Shown: one piece after another, positions 46,753-55,728 of the stretch
Layout: each line of letters starts with the position of its first letter
Numbering within the stretch: position 1 is the stretch's first letter
NCBI GenBank assembly: GCA_002898555.1
Contig: BEHR01000011.1
Span: forward strand, 1,229 to 65,228
DNA length: 64,000 nucleotides
Source of the DNA: a bacterium HR15
Lineage (GTDB): Bacteria > Armatimonadota > Fimbriimonadia > Fimbriimonadales > GBS-DC
Reading direction: 5' to 3'
Notes under the pieces: model-generated
Databases searched by the model: none
What the model was told of the DNA's origin: nothing
Seen by the model: the letters and a program-made list of their open reading frames with translations, nothing else
Made by a program: the position numbers and the translations under genes

Positions 46753-47583
46753 ATGCATATCGGGATTTTAACGGCTCCCTTTGGACGAGAGCCACTGGAA
46801 TATCTCTTCGAGTTTGCGGCAAAGCACGGCTTCAAGACGCTGGAGCTGGCATGTGGCTATGGGCATCCGCACCTGGATCTGGATAGCCCTGATGTGGACA
46901 CGCTCAAGCGGCTGATGGATCGCTACGGAGTGGGGTTATCCGCCATCGCCTTCTACACGAACAACACCCATCCCGACCCCCAGGAGCGTCAGCGCAATAA
47001 TGAGGGTGTACGCCGTGCGATCGATATCGCTCGCGCGCTCGGCGTCGGCGTTGTCTGTACCTTAGCGGGACACCCTGTGCCCGGCAAAAGCAAGATGCAG
47101 ACCATCGAGGAGGATTGCGCCCAAGTGTTCAACCCACTGGCAGAATATGCGGGCGAACGCGAGATACAGATCGCCCTTGAAAACTGGTTTGCGACCAACA
47201 TTCAGGCATTAGACCACTGGCAACGGCTGTTCGAGGTCGTGCCCCATCCCAACTTCGGGCTGAACTTCGACCCGTCGCACCTGCTTTGGCAGCAGATCGA
47301 CTATATTAATGCCGTCTTTCTCTTTGGTTCGCGTATCTTTCACACGCACGCCAAAGACACCGAGATTATGCGTCAGCGGCTGGAATATGTGGGCAATCAG
47401 GGCAGTGGCTGGTGGCGCTATGTGATTCCGGGGCTGGGCGCGGTGCGCTGGGGCGAATATATCGGCGCGTTGCGCCGAGTTGGCTATAATGGGGTGCTGT
47501 CTATTGAGCATGAGGATAGCGCACTGGGACGCGAAGAGGGCTTCCTGATCGGCAAACGCTATCTGGAGCAGTATGTGCTTTAA
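46753..47583 (+). CDS. sugar phosphate isomerase/epimerase (xylose isomerase-like TIM barrel)
   Basis: The pattern IALENW, FDPSHL, HAKD and SIEHED is typical of the AP endonuclease 2/xylose isomerase-like fold. Confidence 0.75.
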   Translation: MHIGILTAPFGREPLEYLFEFAAKHGFKTLELACGYGHPHLDLDSPDVDTLKRLMDRYGVGLSAIAFYTNNTHPDPQERQRNNEGVRRAIDIARALGVGVVCTLAGHPVPGKSKMQTIEEDCAQVFNPLAEYAGEREIQIALENWFATNIQALDHWQRLFEVVPHPNFGLNFDPSHLLWQQIDYINAVFLFGSRIFHTHAKDTEIMRQRLEYVGNQGSGWWRYVIPGLGAVRWGEYIGALRRVGYNGVLSIEHEDSALGREEGFLIGKRYLEQYVL

Positions 47584-47653
47584 GCGAGTATAACACGCAT
47601 TCTCGCCTCAAAAGCCCCTTGCCCGTGGCAACTCTCCACGCCCTCGCGGTGGT

Positions 47654-50053
47654 TTATTGACCCCCGCCCGAAGCGCCGTTAATTGCCCATTGCCCCCCTG
47701 AAGGTATGCTGGCTATCCACTTTAGCGAGTCCTCAACAAGGGCATACTCACTCCATATCCCCCCTTTTTGTTCCTTCCGCCTCTCAACGGAAGGTGGTAA
47801 TTGTGTCATGGCAATTGCCACAAACTCGAGCCCTTCGGATTCCAGCATAAGATGCATTTGCGAACTTCTCCTTCCATCCAGCCGTTCCAGAGCCTCGTGC
47901 AACGGGGGAGAGCGGCGTTTTGGATAGAGCATGGATTTCCCACGCAGATCATCCCATCCGAGCAGAGGCTCACGCTTGCCATTTGCTGTATCACACTGGT
48001 ATACCTGCACCCAACAAGGTTGGTTTGCAAATACGGTAAGGATGATATTTTTATCTCTTAAAGGAACAATTTTTACATAAACCTTAAGTTTCCCACCTTG
48101 CTCGAAAAGCGGAAGTGCATTTAAGCTATTCAACAAAGCAAGCCAGTGTCTAATTCGCTCGCTCCGGTCGTCGGATTGGTTATCAGGAGGGTGAGGAGTG
48201 GGCGTGGGAGGAGGGCTGGAGGAGCTTGTCTTAAGGGGTTTCAGCAGCGCATCTATTCTGAGTTGTCCTCCTGCTCGAACTGACCGGTGTGTCTCATAGT
48301 TTTCATAACCATCCAATTTGAGTAAAATGGCGACCTCTTTCTTTCCGGAGGGCAACTCATGGAAGCCCTCATAGGGTGTCACGCCCACTGCCTGACCATC
48401 CAAGTAAACAGTAGCTCCAGGGGGCTTGCTGGATACTGATAGGCTGTATTCAGGTCGATATGGTACTGGTCTCCCCAGTTTCACTGGTGGTGGAGGTAGA
48501 CCCGATCTCACCTTGGCACGCCCGGAACTCTGATGACCACGAATATCGGAGCGTGCAATAATTTCTAAGGTTGCCTCACTGCCCTTTTCCACTTGTCCCG
48601 TCAAGTCAAAGGATACTATAGGCTGTGTTGGATGTCCTCCCGAAAGGGAAACCTTTTTAGGTCCCTCCTTACAGGGCGCTCCATTGATTCTGGCTTCAAC
48701 CGTAACCTCGGTATCTTCTTTTGGCCATCCTGCAGGTAAATGCACAGGAACCTCAAGCCTTTCTCTGCGTGGAATCGTGACAATGACCAGCGGAGGAACC
48801 ACTCCTGGTTCCGCTGGGTCTACCATCCAGTTGGGGTCTACCTGAAGCTGCTCTAAGTCATAGGGCTTTAATTTTGCGGACACATGCCCCGTTTGATCTC
48901 GTTTTGGGTCGGGTTCTATCTTAAGACTGAGGGGCAGGGCGGTCCACAAAAATCGTAAACCCCTTTTTTCCCACGGCCATCGCTTGTAGAATTCTACGCC
49001 CGTGCGTGTCCCATCAGTGTAGAGGCGATACAAACATGGATATGGGCGCTTAATACCTTTGGTATCGGTTATCTCTACTGTAACCTTTAAATCACGCGGC
49101 ATCAGTCCAGGAGGCAATTGTCCCTCCGGTAAGCCTTCGAAATGCAGGCGTATACGTGCCTCAGGGCGATAAATAGGGGGGAAACCAAATAGAATCCCTA
49201 TAAGTAGCATTAGAACCACACCCGCAATTATCCAATCTGGCCACCAAGTTTTTAGAAAAGGCATAGGCACTATATGAATATGTCGCTCCATTTGACGCCG
49301 AATGCGCTCGCCATTGGCACGCACGGTTGCCTCCACTACGGGCAGCACACGCAAAGGCTCTTGCAAGCGTTGCTCCAGTGGCATTCGGCATACAACGCTC
49401 TGCCGCTGCCATCCATCTAGCCTCCCCATGTCCAGCACTTGCTCCCCACCGTCATCTAAGGGGAGCGGCTTGCCTTTATTATCTAGAATGTTCAGTCGAA
49501 GTTGAGCGTCGACAGGCAAATAGCTGTGATTTGTAACAGAAACCTCTATTCGCACTGTTCGATGCCATGGACGAGCTAATACAATTTTCGGATGGACATC
49601 TATCTTAATCGATTGAGCATTGACCGGTGGCACGAGCTGATACTCTTTGAGGAAATAAATCTCTCCTTGCCCTGTAGTATCGGGGATCCAATATTCCGTT
49701 ACAACGATCTCGAAGGGGCAAGGGGTAGTGCGTGGATGTTCGGGATCACTTACCAAGAGAAGAGTGAAACCACGACTCTCGTTGCTGCCCAACTCGATCA
49801 ATTCATCAGTGCTTACTACTTCGAGGTTGGAGTAAAGTGAGTATTCAGTAGGGTATAGATTCGTAACAACGACTTGATACCATCGTGGATAGTTTGTGCT
49901 ATTGGAAATAGAAAACTCGATACACTGCCCTGGCAGAACTATATACTCGCTTGACTCCTCCACAGCAAGCGAGCCATGCCGCGCCTCACCTTCTGGTGAT
50001 GGTGGTCTTAGAGTTTGATGTTCCCGAACAACCCACTGCGCTTTCCCGAACAT
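47654..50053 (-). CDS. single-pass membrane protein (799 aa): beta-rich cytoplasmic N-domain, one TM, PEGA domain, P/S/T linker, DUF4384-like C-terminus
   Basis: TM WWPDWIIAGVVLMLLIGILFGF. PEGA-like SSKPPGATVYLDGQAVGVTPYEG...LKLDGYENYE. Linker SSSSPPPTPTPHPP. Last gene of the low-GC operon. Confidence 0.7.
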   Translation of the reverse strand: MFGKAQWVVREHQTLRPPSPEGEARHGSLAVEESSEYIVLPGQCIEFSISNSTNYPRWYQVVVTNLYPTEYSLYSNLEVVSTDELIELGSNESRGFTLLLVSDPEHPRTTPCPFEIVVTEYWIPDTTGQGEIYFLKEYQLVPPVNAQSIKIDVHPKIVLARPWHRTVRIEVSVTNHSYLPVDAQLRLNILDNKGKPLPLDDGGEQVLDMGRLDGWQRQSVVCRMPLEQRLQEPLRVLPVVEATVRANGERIRRQMERHIHIVPMPFLKTWWPDWIIAGVVLMLLIGILFGFPPIYRPEARIRLHFEGLPEGQLPPGLMPRDLKVTVEITDTKGIKRPYPCLYRLYTDGTRTGVEFYKRWPWEKRGLRFLWTALPLSLKIEPDPKRDQTGHVSAKLKPYDLEQLQVDPNWMVDPAEPGVVPPLVIVTIPRRERLEVPVHLPAGWPKEDTEVTVEARINGAPCKEGPKKVSLSGGHPTQPIVSFDLTGQVEKGSEATLEIIARSDIRGHQSSGRAKVRSGLPPPPVKLGRPVPYRPEYSLSVSSKPPGATVYLDGQAVGVTPYEGFHELPSGKKEVAILLKLDGYENYETHRSVRAGGQLRIDALLKPLKTSSSSPPPTPTPHPPDNQSDDRSERIRHWLALLNSLNALPLFEQGGKLKVYVKIVPLRDKNIILTVFANQPCWVQVYQCDTANGKREPLLGWDDLRGKSMLYPKRRSPPLHEALERLDGRRSSQMHLMLESEGLEFVAIAMTQLPPSVERRKEQKGGIWSEYALVEDSLKWIASIPSGGQWAINGASGGGQ

Positions 50054-50111
50054 GGCTTATCCCCAAAGATATAGGTTATCATACCCTAAAGATATCTTCC
50101 ACCAATTGCGC

Positions 50112-50591
50112 TCAGGGCTGCAACACAACGGGATAGTATTGTTTATTCCCACGCGTCCCTCTCAACATTTGCTCGATAATTATCTTGCTGGCTGACGGTG
50201 TGAGATTGTTTTCGGCGGGAAATCTTTCTTTCAGCCATTGCATAAATTGTTTCGTCTCCATCCAAGTGACCCGTATCTGCGTATCATTACCGGATAGTCG
50301 ACGATCACGGCTAAAAGTCAGTTCCATAGTCGTACCCACGGGGCGTGTGAGTTGACAGCCAGTGCCGGTTGCCACAGGTTCCCACGGCTGAGAGCCAACT
50401 TGAACAAGATAGGCTTTTATAGGAGCGCCTTCTGGCGTGAATGTATGAAAGATTAAAGTAATATCTGCTGGATGGGGGGAAGGGGATTTTGGTACTTGCA
50501 AGCCCAGCCAAAGCGCAACGCCGAATACAAACAGCCAAACCACCAAAAACCACCATGAAAAGCAGCGTAGGGGGGCAGGCAAACGGTTCAT
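50112..50591 (-). CDS. N-terminally anchored small membrane protein (159 aa), unknown function
   Basis: ATG preceded by GGAGGG. TM FSWWFLVVWLFVFGVALWLGL. Lies 15 nt downstream of the preceding gene. Confidence 0.65.
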   Translation of the reverse strand: MNRLPAPLRCFSWWFLVVWLFVFGVALWLGLQVPKSPSPHPADITLIFHTFTPEGAPIKAYLVQVGSQPWEPVATGTGCQLTRPVGTTMELTFSRDRRLSGNDTQIRVTWMETKQFMQWLKERFPAENNLTPSASKIIIEQMLRGTRGNKQYYPVVLQP

Positions 50592-50606
50592 CCAAACCCT
50601 CCTTTT

Positions 50607-51710
50607 CTACTTAGCTTTGCCCACACAGTTCGGACACCGACCAGGGTCAACCTGACCTGGGCGAACTGTGTAGTACGCATTGCAGGAACATTTCCGAATT
50701 ATCAAAGAACCCTGAGAGGAGACCGGCGTCACGGGTATGAACCCAGGACTGGGTTCAGGTCTTTCGTAAGGCTGTTCTGGTTCACGCAACTCTCCATAGA
50801 GAGGAATAAGAGCTTCCATGGCTTTTTGTACGTGGTCGAGTGCGTCCCATATTTGCAACTGGGCTTCGGCACGATGCTTAATGTAGCTAATAGCGTTTTC
50901 GATTTGATCCTTTGCAGGTACCCAGCTGGCGAGCGGTGGTTGTAGGTTGGCTAATGGTAAAATCAGTTGAAAGAGAGAGACCAGCATCTCGGTCAGGCGA
51001 TTAAGCCAATCCCGTAGGTAGATCTGCCAGTCACTTATTATTGAAGCAGGGGCAAGCGCGGCAGCCATGTTCGCTGCGATTAGATGAGAAAAACCGCACC
51101 CAGACCTCGCATATTGCCCCAAAATTTGCTGTGAAGCTTGGGCAGTTTGTAGAATGGTCTTCACCTTATTGACCAGAAGCGGATGGCTATTCAAATAGAC
51201 CGACTCCGGGATATACTGATTGTCCACAACAAATCGCGCTCCCTCCTTGCGCATCTGCCCAATCTGGAGCCTGTCGTAAGCGTTCGCACTGGGTTCTGTT
51301 GTCAAGGCATAGGCCCAGCGAAGGGAACGAGCTTCCAGCAAGACAGTACTCTGAGCAGTTGTGGTTGGTACCGATTCCTTACCCCGAACCTCCAGGTAAA
51401 TCGGTACAATCGACTCTCGGTGCTGATCATTACTTCCCCTCAAGGGAGCCGGGCGGTTTGACTCGTTTACCTCTATTAGGTAACCTTGAGGACTTATTGC
51501 CCGGCATGCTTGCAGTACAATCTCATAATCGGAAGGCGACCCAGAAACGATTAGATCACCCTCTCGCATTGCGAGGACTCCCCGAGGATATGTGCTGGAA
51601 AGAACCCAGCGTATTAGCTCCTCCATATAGGCTGTCTCGCCAAATAGATGGTCAGCGTGCAGAAGCTGCACGCTGCTCCAGTCGACCGATGTAAGCTTGA
51701 ACCATGTCAA
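50607..51710 (-). CDS. TssK-like (baseplate shoulder-domain-like) protein with C-terminal CxC...CxxC zinc ribbon
   Basis: TTG start preceded by AGGAGGTG. The N-terminus VDWSSVQLLHADHLFGETAY...YPRGVLAM...LQACRAISPQGYLIEV parallels the TssK pattern W.EG.FL.PQHFQ...WGV...RFPDGTLID. C-terminus KCSCNAYYTVRPGQVDPGRCPNC. Family call is a by-eye inference. Confidence 0.5.
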   Translation of the reverse strand: MTWFKLTSVDWSSVQLLHADHLFGETAYMEELIRWVLSSTYPRGVLAMREGDLIVSGSPSDYEIVLQACRAISPQGYLIEVNESNRPAPLRGSNDQHRESIVPIYLEVRGKESVPTTTAQSTVLLEARSLRWAYALTTEPSANAYDRLQIGQMRKEGARFVVDNQYIPESVYLNSHPLLVNKVKTILQTAQASQQILGQYARSGCGFSHLIAANMAAALAPASIISDWQIYLRDWLNRLTEMLVSLFQLILPLANLQPPLASWVPAKDQIENAISYIKHRAEAQLQIWDALDHVQKAMEALIPLYGELREPEQPYERPEPSPGFIPVTPVSSQGSLIIRKCSCNAYYTVRPGQVDPGRCPNCVGKAK

Positions 51711-51774
51711 AGCATGTCACCTCCTGCATTCCACACTGCTGTGTTCTCTTTATCAGGCGTATCCCGATCATCGG

Positions 51775-53442
51775 TTATTGTACCCCCTCCAATATATCGC
51801 CCATTATGGGCGAACCACCGGCCAAGCGTGCCAAAGGCGTTTCAGCCCACTCTGCTCCATAACCCTGCGCCTCTTGGGCAAGATAGGCGGTTTCGCCAAG
51901 GATCGCCCAGTCCACTAACCATCTATAGCATATCGGCAAATGCACAGGAACAAAAAGACATGCCAAAACTTCGAGTTTCTTTTCAATCACCTCGATCCAC
52001 TCTGACGGCTGAGTGCGATCCATCGGGATATAAACTACCACTTGCGGTGAATGCAGCAGAGGGATCATGCTAACAAAAAGTGTCTGCCCGACTTGGGCAA
52101 GCGTTGTACCTAACCTACTGGGAGCAGGAGCCAGAGGTTCAATACGCACCTGGATATCGCGATGCACCAGCAGGCGTAATGCAGTCTGAAAAAGAGCGAA
52201 CCAGTCTATCAGGTGTCGCCGAAGAAGAATAAGCATTTCCAACACCACTTTTTCTTCAGGTAGAAAAAAGTTCATCGATTCCTGCTTGATACCCAAAAAA
52301 GCGTCATTATGCCACCAACTTCGCATCAGGTGTATTAAAGCGCCGCTCAGATTAAGCCCTTCGAAGATGCTACATTGTGAGGGATAAAAAGGGATATATT
52401 CTGGCAGGTAGCGGCGTACAAGTGCAAGTACCTCGTCGGGCGTCAGGTCCTCAGTACGCCCTGCCTCATACTGTTGACGAATAGCTTTGTAGACCTCCTG
52501 GACAGCTGGGTCTTGTGCTGTCCATAAAGTTTGCTCTGCTTGAGTCGGATCTCCTTGTTCATTATCTCTCGTGATGCTATCCCCCTGGCGTGGTATCCCT
52601 CTGCTTCCTTTGCCGTAGTTGAGAAATGATAATGGACGATGTGGGTAGAGATGAAGCCATTGCACCACATCCTCAACGCGGGATTGAGCACCCAAAGTCA
52701 CCGGGATGTGTCTTCCTTCGGGTTCAAAGGGAAAGAAGAATTCACAGCCCCCAAGCAGATCGGTCATGGCAACGAATAAAAAAGCGTTGGTAAAGATAAG
52801 CTCGGCAAATTCCTGTGCTAAGCGCGAATATAGAGATTCTTCTGTAAGATCTTCAGTTTCATAAAAATAAATATCTTCTTTGGATAGTTCCATAACATGT
52901 CCGTGTCGAATGAAAAGCAAGCGATCATGTGGTCGCTCGTTAGGAGGCGATGATTCGCCAAGATCGGGATACTGCTCATAGAGCTGTCGCATAAGGCACT
53001 CGACGGGAGTCTCCGCTGTGGAGAAATCCGCATGTCCTGTATGGCGATGTATATACTGCTCCCGATACCAACTTAGCATGGAAACACCAAAAGGCTTGTC
53101 TCCTTTAAGCCGTGCCAACGCTACTTCTGTGGGAGGCATGCCAAGCATGACAAGAGAGATAAAAGGAGCTAAGCGATTGTCCACCCGAACATTGACCCCT
53201 AAACGAATACGTAGATCTTTTAAACTCTGCTCAACTAAACTCTGCTTAACAAAATTGTCCACGCTCTCGCACAAGAGGTCACGATAGGGCAGGATTTCAC
53301 GGTGTGCTGGATGTCCGATAACAGGCAGGAGACGCACACCCGTCGCAGGTACCCCCATATCTGTAAGCACCTGCACCACATGCGCAAGCGAGGCGGGACC
53401 ATTCCACGAGGAGAAAGACGGTATGCGAAAGACTTTAATCAT
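51775..53442 (-). CDS. hypothetical cytoplasmic protein (555 aa), no family recognised
   Basis: ATG preceded by AAGGTGA. No TM or signal. Sits between the TssF-like and TssK-like genes. Confidence 0.6.
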   Translation of the reverse strand: MIKVFRIPSFSSWNGPASLAHVVQVLTDMGVPATGVRLLPVIGHPAHREILPYRDLLCESVDNFVKQSLVEQSLKDLRIRLGVNVRVDNRLAPFISLVMLGMPPTEVALARLKGDKPFGVSMLSWYREQYIHRHTGHADFSTAETPVECLMRQLYEQYPDLGESSPPNERPHDRLLFIRHGHVMELSKEDIYFYETEDLTEESLYSRLAQEFAELIFTNAFLFVAMTDLLGGCEFFFPFEPEGRHIPVTLGAQSRVEDVVQWLHLYPHRPLSFLNYGKGSRGIPRQGDSITRDNEQGDPTQAEQTLWTAQDPAVQEVYKAIRQQYEAGRTEDLTPDEVLALVRRYLPEYIPFYPSQCSIFEGLNLSGALIHLMRSWWHNDAFLGIKQESMNFFLPEEKVVLEMLILLRRHLIDWFALFQTALRLLVHRDIQVRIEPLAPAPSRLGTTLAQVGQTLFVSMIPLLHSPQVVVYIPMDRTQPSEWIEVIEKKLEVLACLFVPVHLPICYRWLVDWAILGETAYLAQEAQGYGAEWAETPLARLAGGSPIMGDILEGVQ

Positions 53443-53464
53443 TTTTTCACCTTCTTATAAATGA

Positions 53465-55090
53465 TCAAATCCTGGTCAGGCATCCCTCCACTTGATACCA
53501 CCCAATCATGAAATATTGGGCAATGATCGAGGCGGCATAACGCGTTGCGTCCTCCAGTAAGAAACGAGGTACATCCATGCGTCTGGGGTAAAAAACAAGG
53601 CGCATCTTGGGCATAATGGCACACCGCGAACGGGCCAGATAACCCGCACGCATCTCTAATAAGATCGTGTCACCAATCAAAGATGGATAGAGATAAGTCT
53701 CCCACACAGTTCGCTCTTCCCATGGAGCAGCTGCCACATCCAGTTGGATTGCAGTTTGATCAATATCAAACCACAATCGGCATGAAGATAAATGAGACAA
53801 TATTTCTTTTATATCACCCTCTGTCAGTAATGTAGGGCGAAAAATAGTGTGATACCAATAGTAGCGTGCGGCGTTATTATCAGGCTGACTCATTAGCAAA
53901 CTCATGCCACCTACTGCAGGCAAAGGTGTGCGGAAACGCTGCCCACCAGGACGAATGAGGTATTCAGGATGCAAGCGTCCAGGAACAGGATTTTCACCTA
54001 AGCAGGCATAATAGACCTTGATCTCGGAAACCGTTTGATCGCATATTATATCAACATCATATGGACAGCTCTCAGGCGATGATGTTCCCTCAAAGGTAGT
54101 TGCATGGGTACGAACGAAGCGTACGCGATGAATAACATCACCTGTGCGAGCAATAGCGGCAAAAAAGTTGGTTATCCCCGCAAAGCTAACTTTGTATGCA
54201 TCCCCCACGGCATGGAGGGTTGCTACCACGGGGTGATGGAGCACTCCCATCTGTGCCACAGGAATCGCGTTAATCACAAGTGGAGGCTGCACACTGTTAG
54301 AGGCCACGCGATCAGCGAGGGTTTGATCAATCAGTGCCGCAAGACGAATGAATTCATCGCTAATCCCGAGCCATTCCCACTCAGCGGAATCCGTTATGGA
54401 TGAGGAAGGAGACGGTTGATAAAAACGAAGAAACTTTCGAGAATAGGGATGGAAAGGGGGTAGCCAAGCCGCCAGATGCCATTGGGAAAGGCGGGCTACC
54501 CCCATCTCACGCTCAAATTCCAGATACCCCGTATAACGTTCCACCTTAACTACCTCAAACGATCGCCCAGGATACTGAATCGCCCACCTCGCATTCGCTA
54601 ATAAAGCGACGAGTGGCTCATCTCCCCAGACAAAGGCGAGTAATCCATTCTCCGAGAAGAGCGTTGCAATGTCCGATTCGCGGCTCTCGCACCGGAGGAT
54701 TAACACTAAAGCAACTTGCCCCTCCGTTGACCGCGTGAGTGTCCACTCGACAAGTTCTAAAGGCAGTGTCCAGCCATATCCACAGGGTGTCCAAAAAGTT
54801 CCTGTAAACGGATCCGTAAAGGTTGTTCCCATCGTAATCTCGCGATAGCGTGGTTCCTGGGGCACAGCAATTGTTTGCGCGGGAAAATGCCACTCCCCTG
54901 AAGGGAAAAACTGTTCCATAAAGCGAAGCAGCGTTCTTTGCTCTGCCTCAGCAATCTGTTCAGCAATCGCTGTCTTCCAAGCAGCGAGCATTCCTAAAAA
55001 AGGAGCATATTTGCTTATTTCTGACTCCACTCGCTGACGCACTGTTGGATCCATCTGATCCAATATCTCTTTCTCGTCGTATCTGTTCAC
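53465..55090 (-). CDS. TssF-like (gp6-like baseplate wedge) protein
   Basis: GTG start preceded by GGAGG. DPTVRQRVES resembles TssF DPHVERLIES, and RTLLRFMEQFFPSGEWHFPAQTIAVPQEP resembles TssF LLGQLFPDYHAPIPSMSIVQFE. The size is compatible (541 aa). By-eye inference. Confidence 0.45.
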   Translation of the reverse strand: MNRYDEKEILDQMDPTVRQRVESEISKYAPFLGMLAAWKTAIAEQIAEAEQRTLLRFMEQFFPSGEWHFPAQTIAVPQEPRYREITMGTTFTDPFTGTFWTPCGYGWTLPLELVEWTLTRSTEGQVALVLILRCESRESDIATLFSENGLLAFVWGDEPLVALLANARWAIQYPGRSFEVVKVERYTGYLEFEREMGVARLSQWHLAAWLPPFHPYSRKFLRFYQPSPSSSITDSAEWEWLGISDEFIRLAALIDQTLADRVASNSVQPPLVINAIPVAQMGVLHHPVVATLHAVGDAYKVSFAGITNFFAAIARTGDVIHRVRFVRTHATTFEGTSSPESCPYDVDIICDQTVSEIKVYYACLGENPVPGRLHPEYLIRPGGQRFRTPLPAVGGMSLLMSQPDNNAARYYWYHTIFRPTLLTEGDIKEILSHLSSCRLWFDIDQTAIQLDVAAAPWEERTVWETYLYPSLIGDTILLEMRAGYLARSRCAIMPKMRLVFYPRRMDVPRFLLEDATRYAASIIAQYFMIGWYQVEGCLTRI

Positions 55091-55192
55091 CGTCTGCCTC
55101 CGTTAGCGAATAATCTTTAGAAGCTTTGCCCACCAGATTCCGACTTTGAGTCGCCTATTTCCCATTATACCTGCGAATACTCTATTCCCAGT

Positions 55193-55650
55193 CTAAGTGG
55201 GGGTGAGTAGGGTCTGCAGCCAATCACGGAGTTGTCTCGCTTGTGTTCCTATGCCACCTGCTGTGCATCCAAGGGTTGTGCCTGGGGGAACCCAAAGGGT
55301 TGTCGGTTGGAGCACCTCCCGATAGAGTCGTCCCATTGCGAGAAAGATTTCACCATAGGGTATGGTTTCCATACGCCTTTGGAGGGCTGCTATCACCCGA
55401 GGCGACAGCTGTTGCGCACGCGCTCGATCCATCTTGCGGTTATAGTACGGGATGGGTGTGGCAGCTTCTATTAGACCAAATTCTGACGAGAGCAGAAGAA
55501 TGTCCACGGACCGAACTTGCGCTGGCGATGCTTGCTGCAACCATCGACGCACGATGCGATAGAATACCCATCACAGCGCTCTATCGCGGGTAGCAGACCC
55601 GCGTCCACGCGCTTCTGTGCGGAGCATGCCAGTATCAGCAGATGCTTCAT
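55193..55650 (-). pseudogene. DUF6884-like gene interrupted by a frameshift near 55567-55569
   Basis: ATG 55650 preceded by GGAGG. MKHLLILACSAQKR...LPAIERCDG (frame A) continues sensibly only in another frame as (V)FYRIVRRWLQQ...DILLLSSEFGLIEAATPIPYYNRKM. A G3 run lies at the junction. Confidence 0.55.
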
Positions 55651-55728
55651 TGCAATACCTCCTCGAGCGCAACACGAGCAGTTATTTCGGGAGCGAATGG
55701 TCCGCCACCGAGTAGACTTTGACAATGG

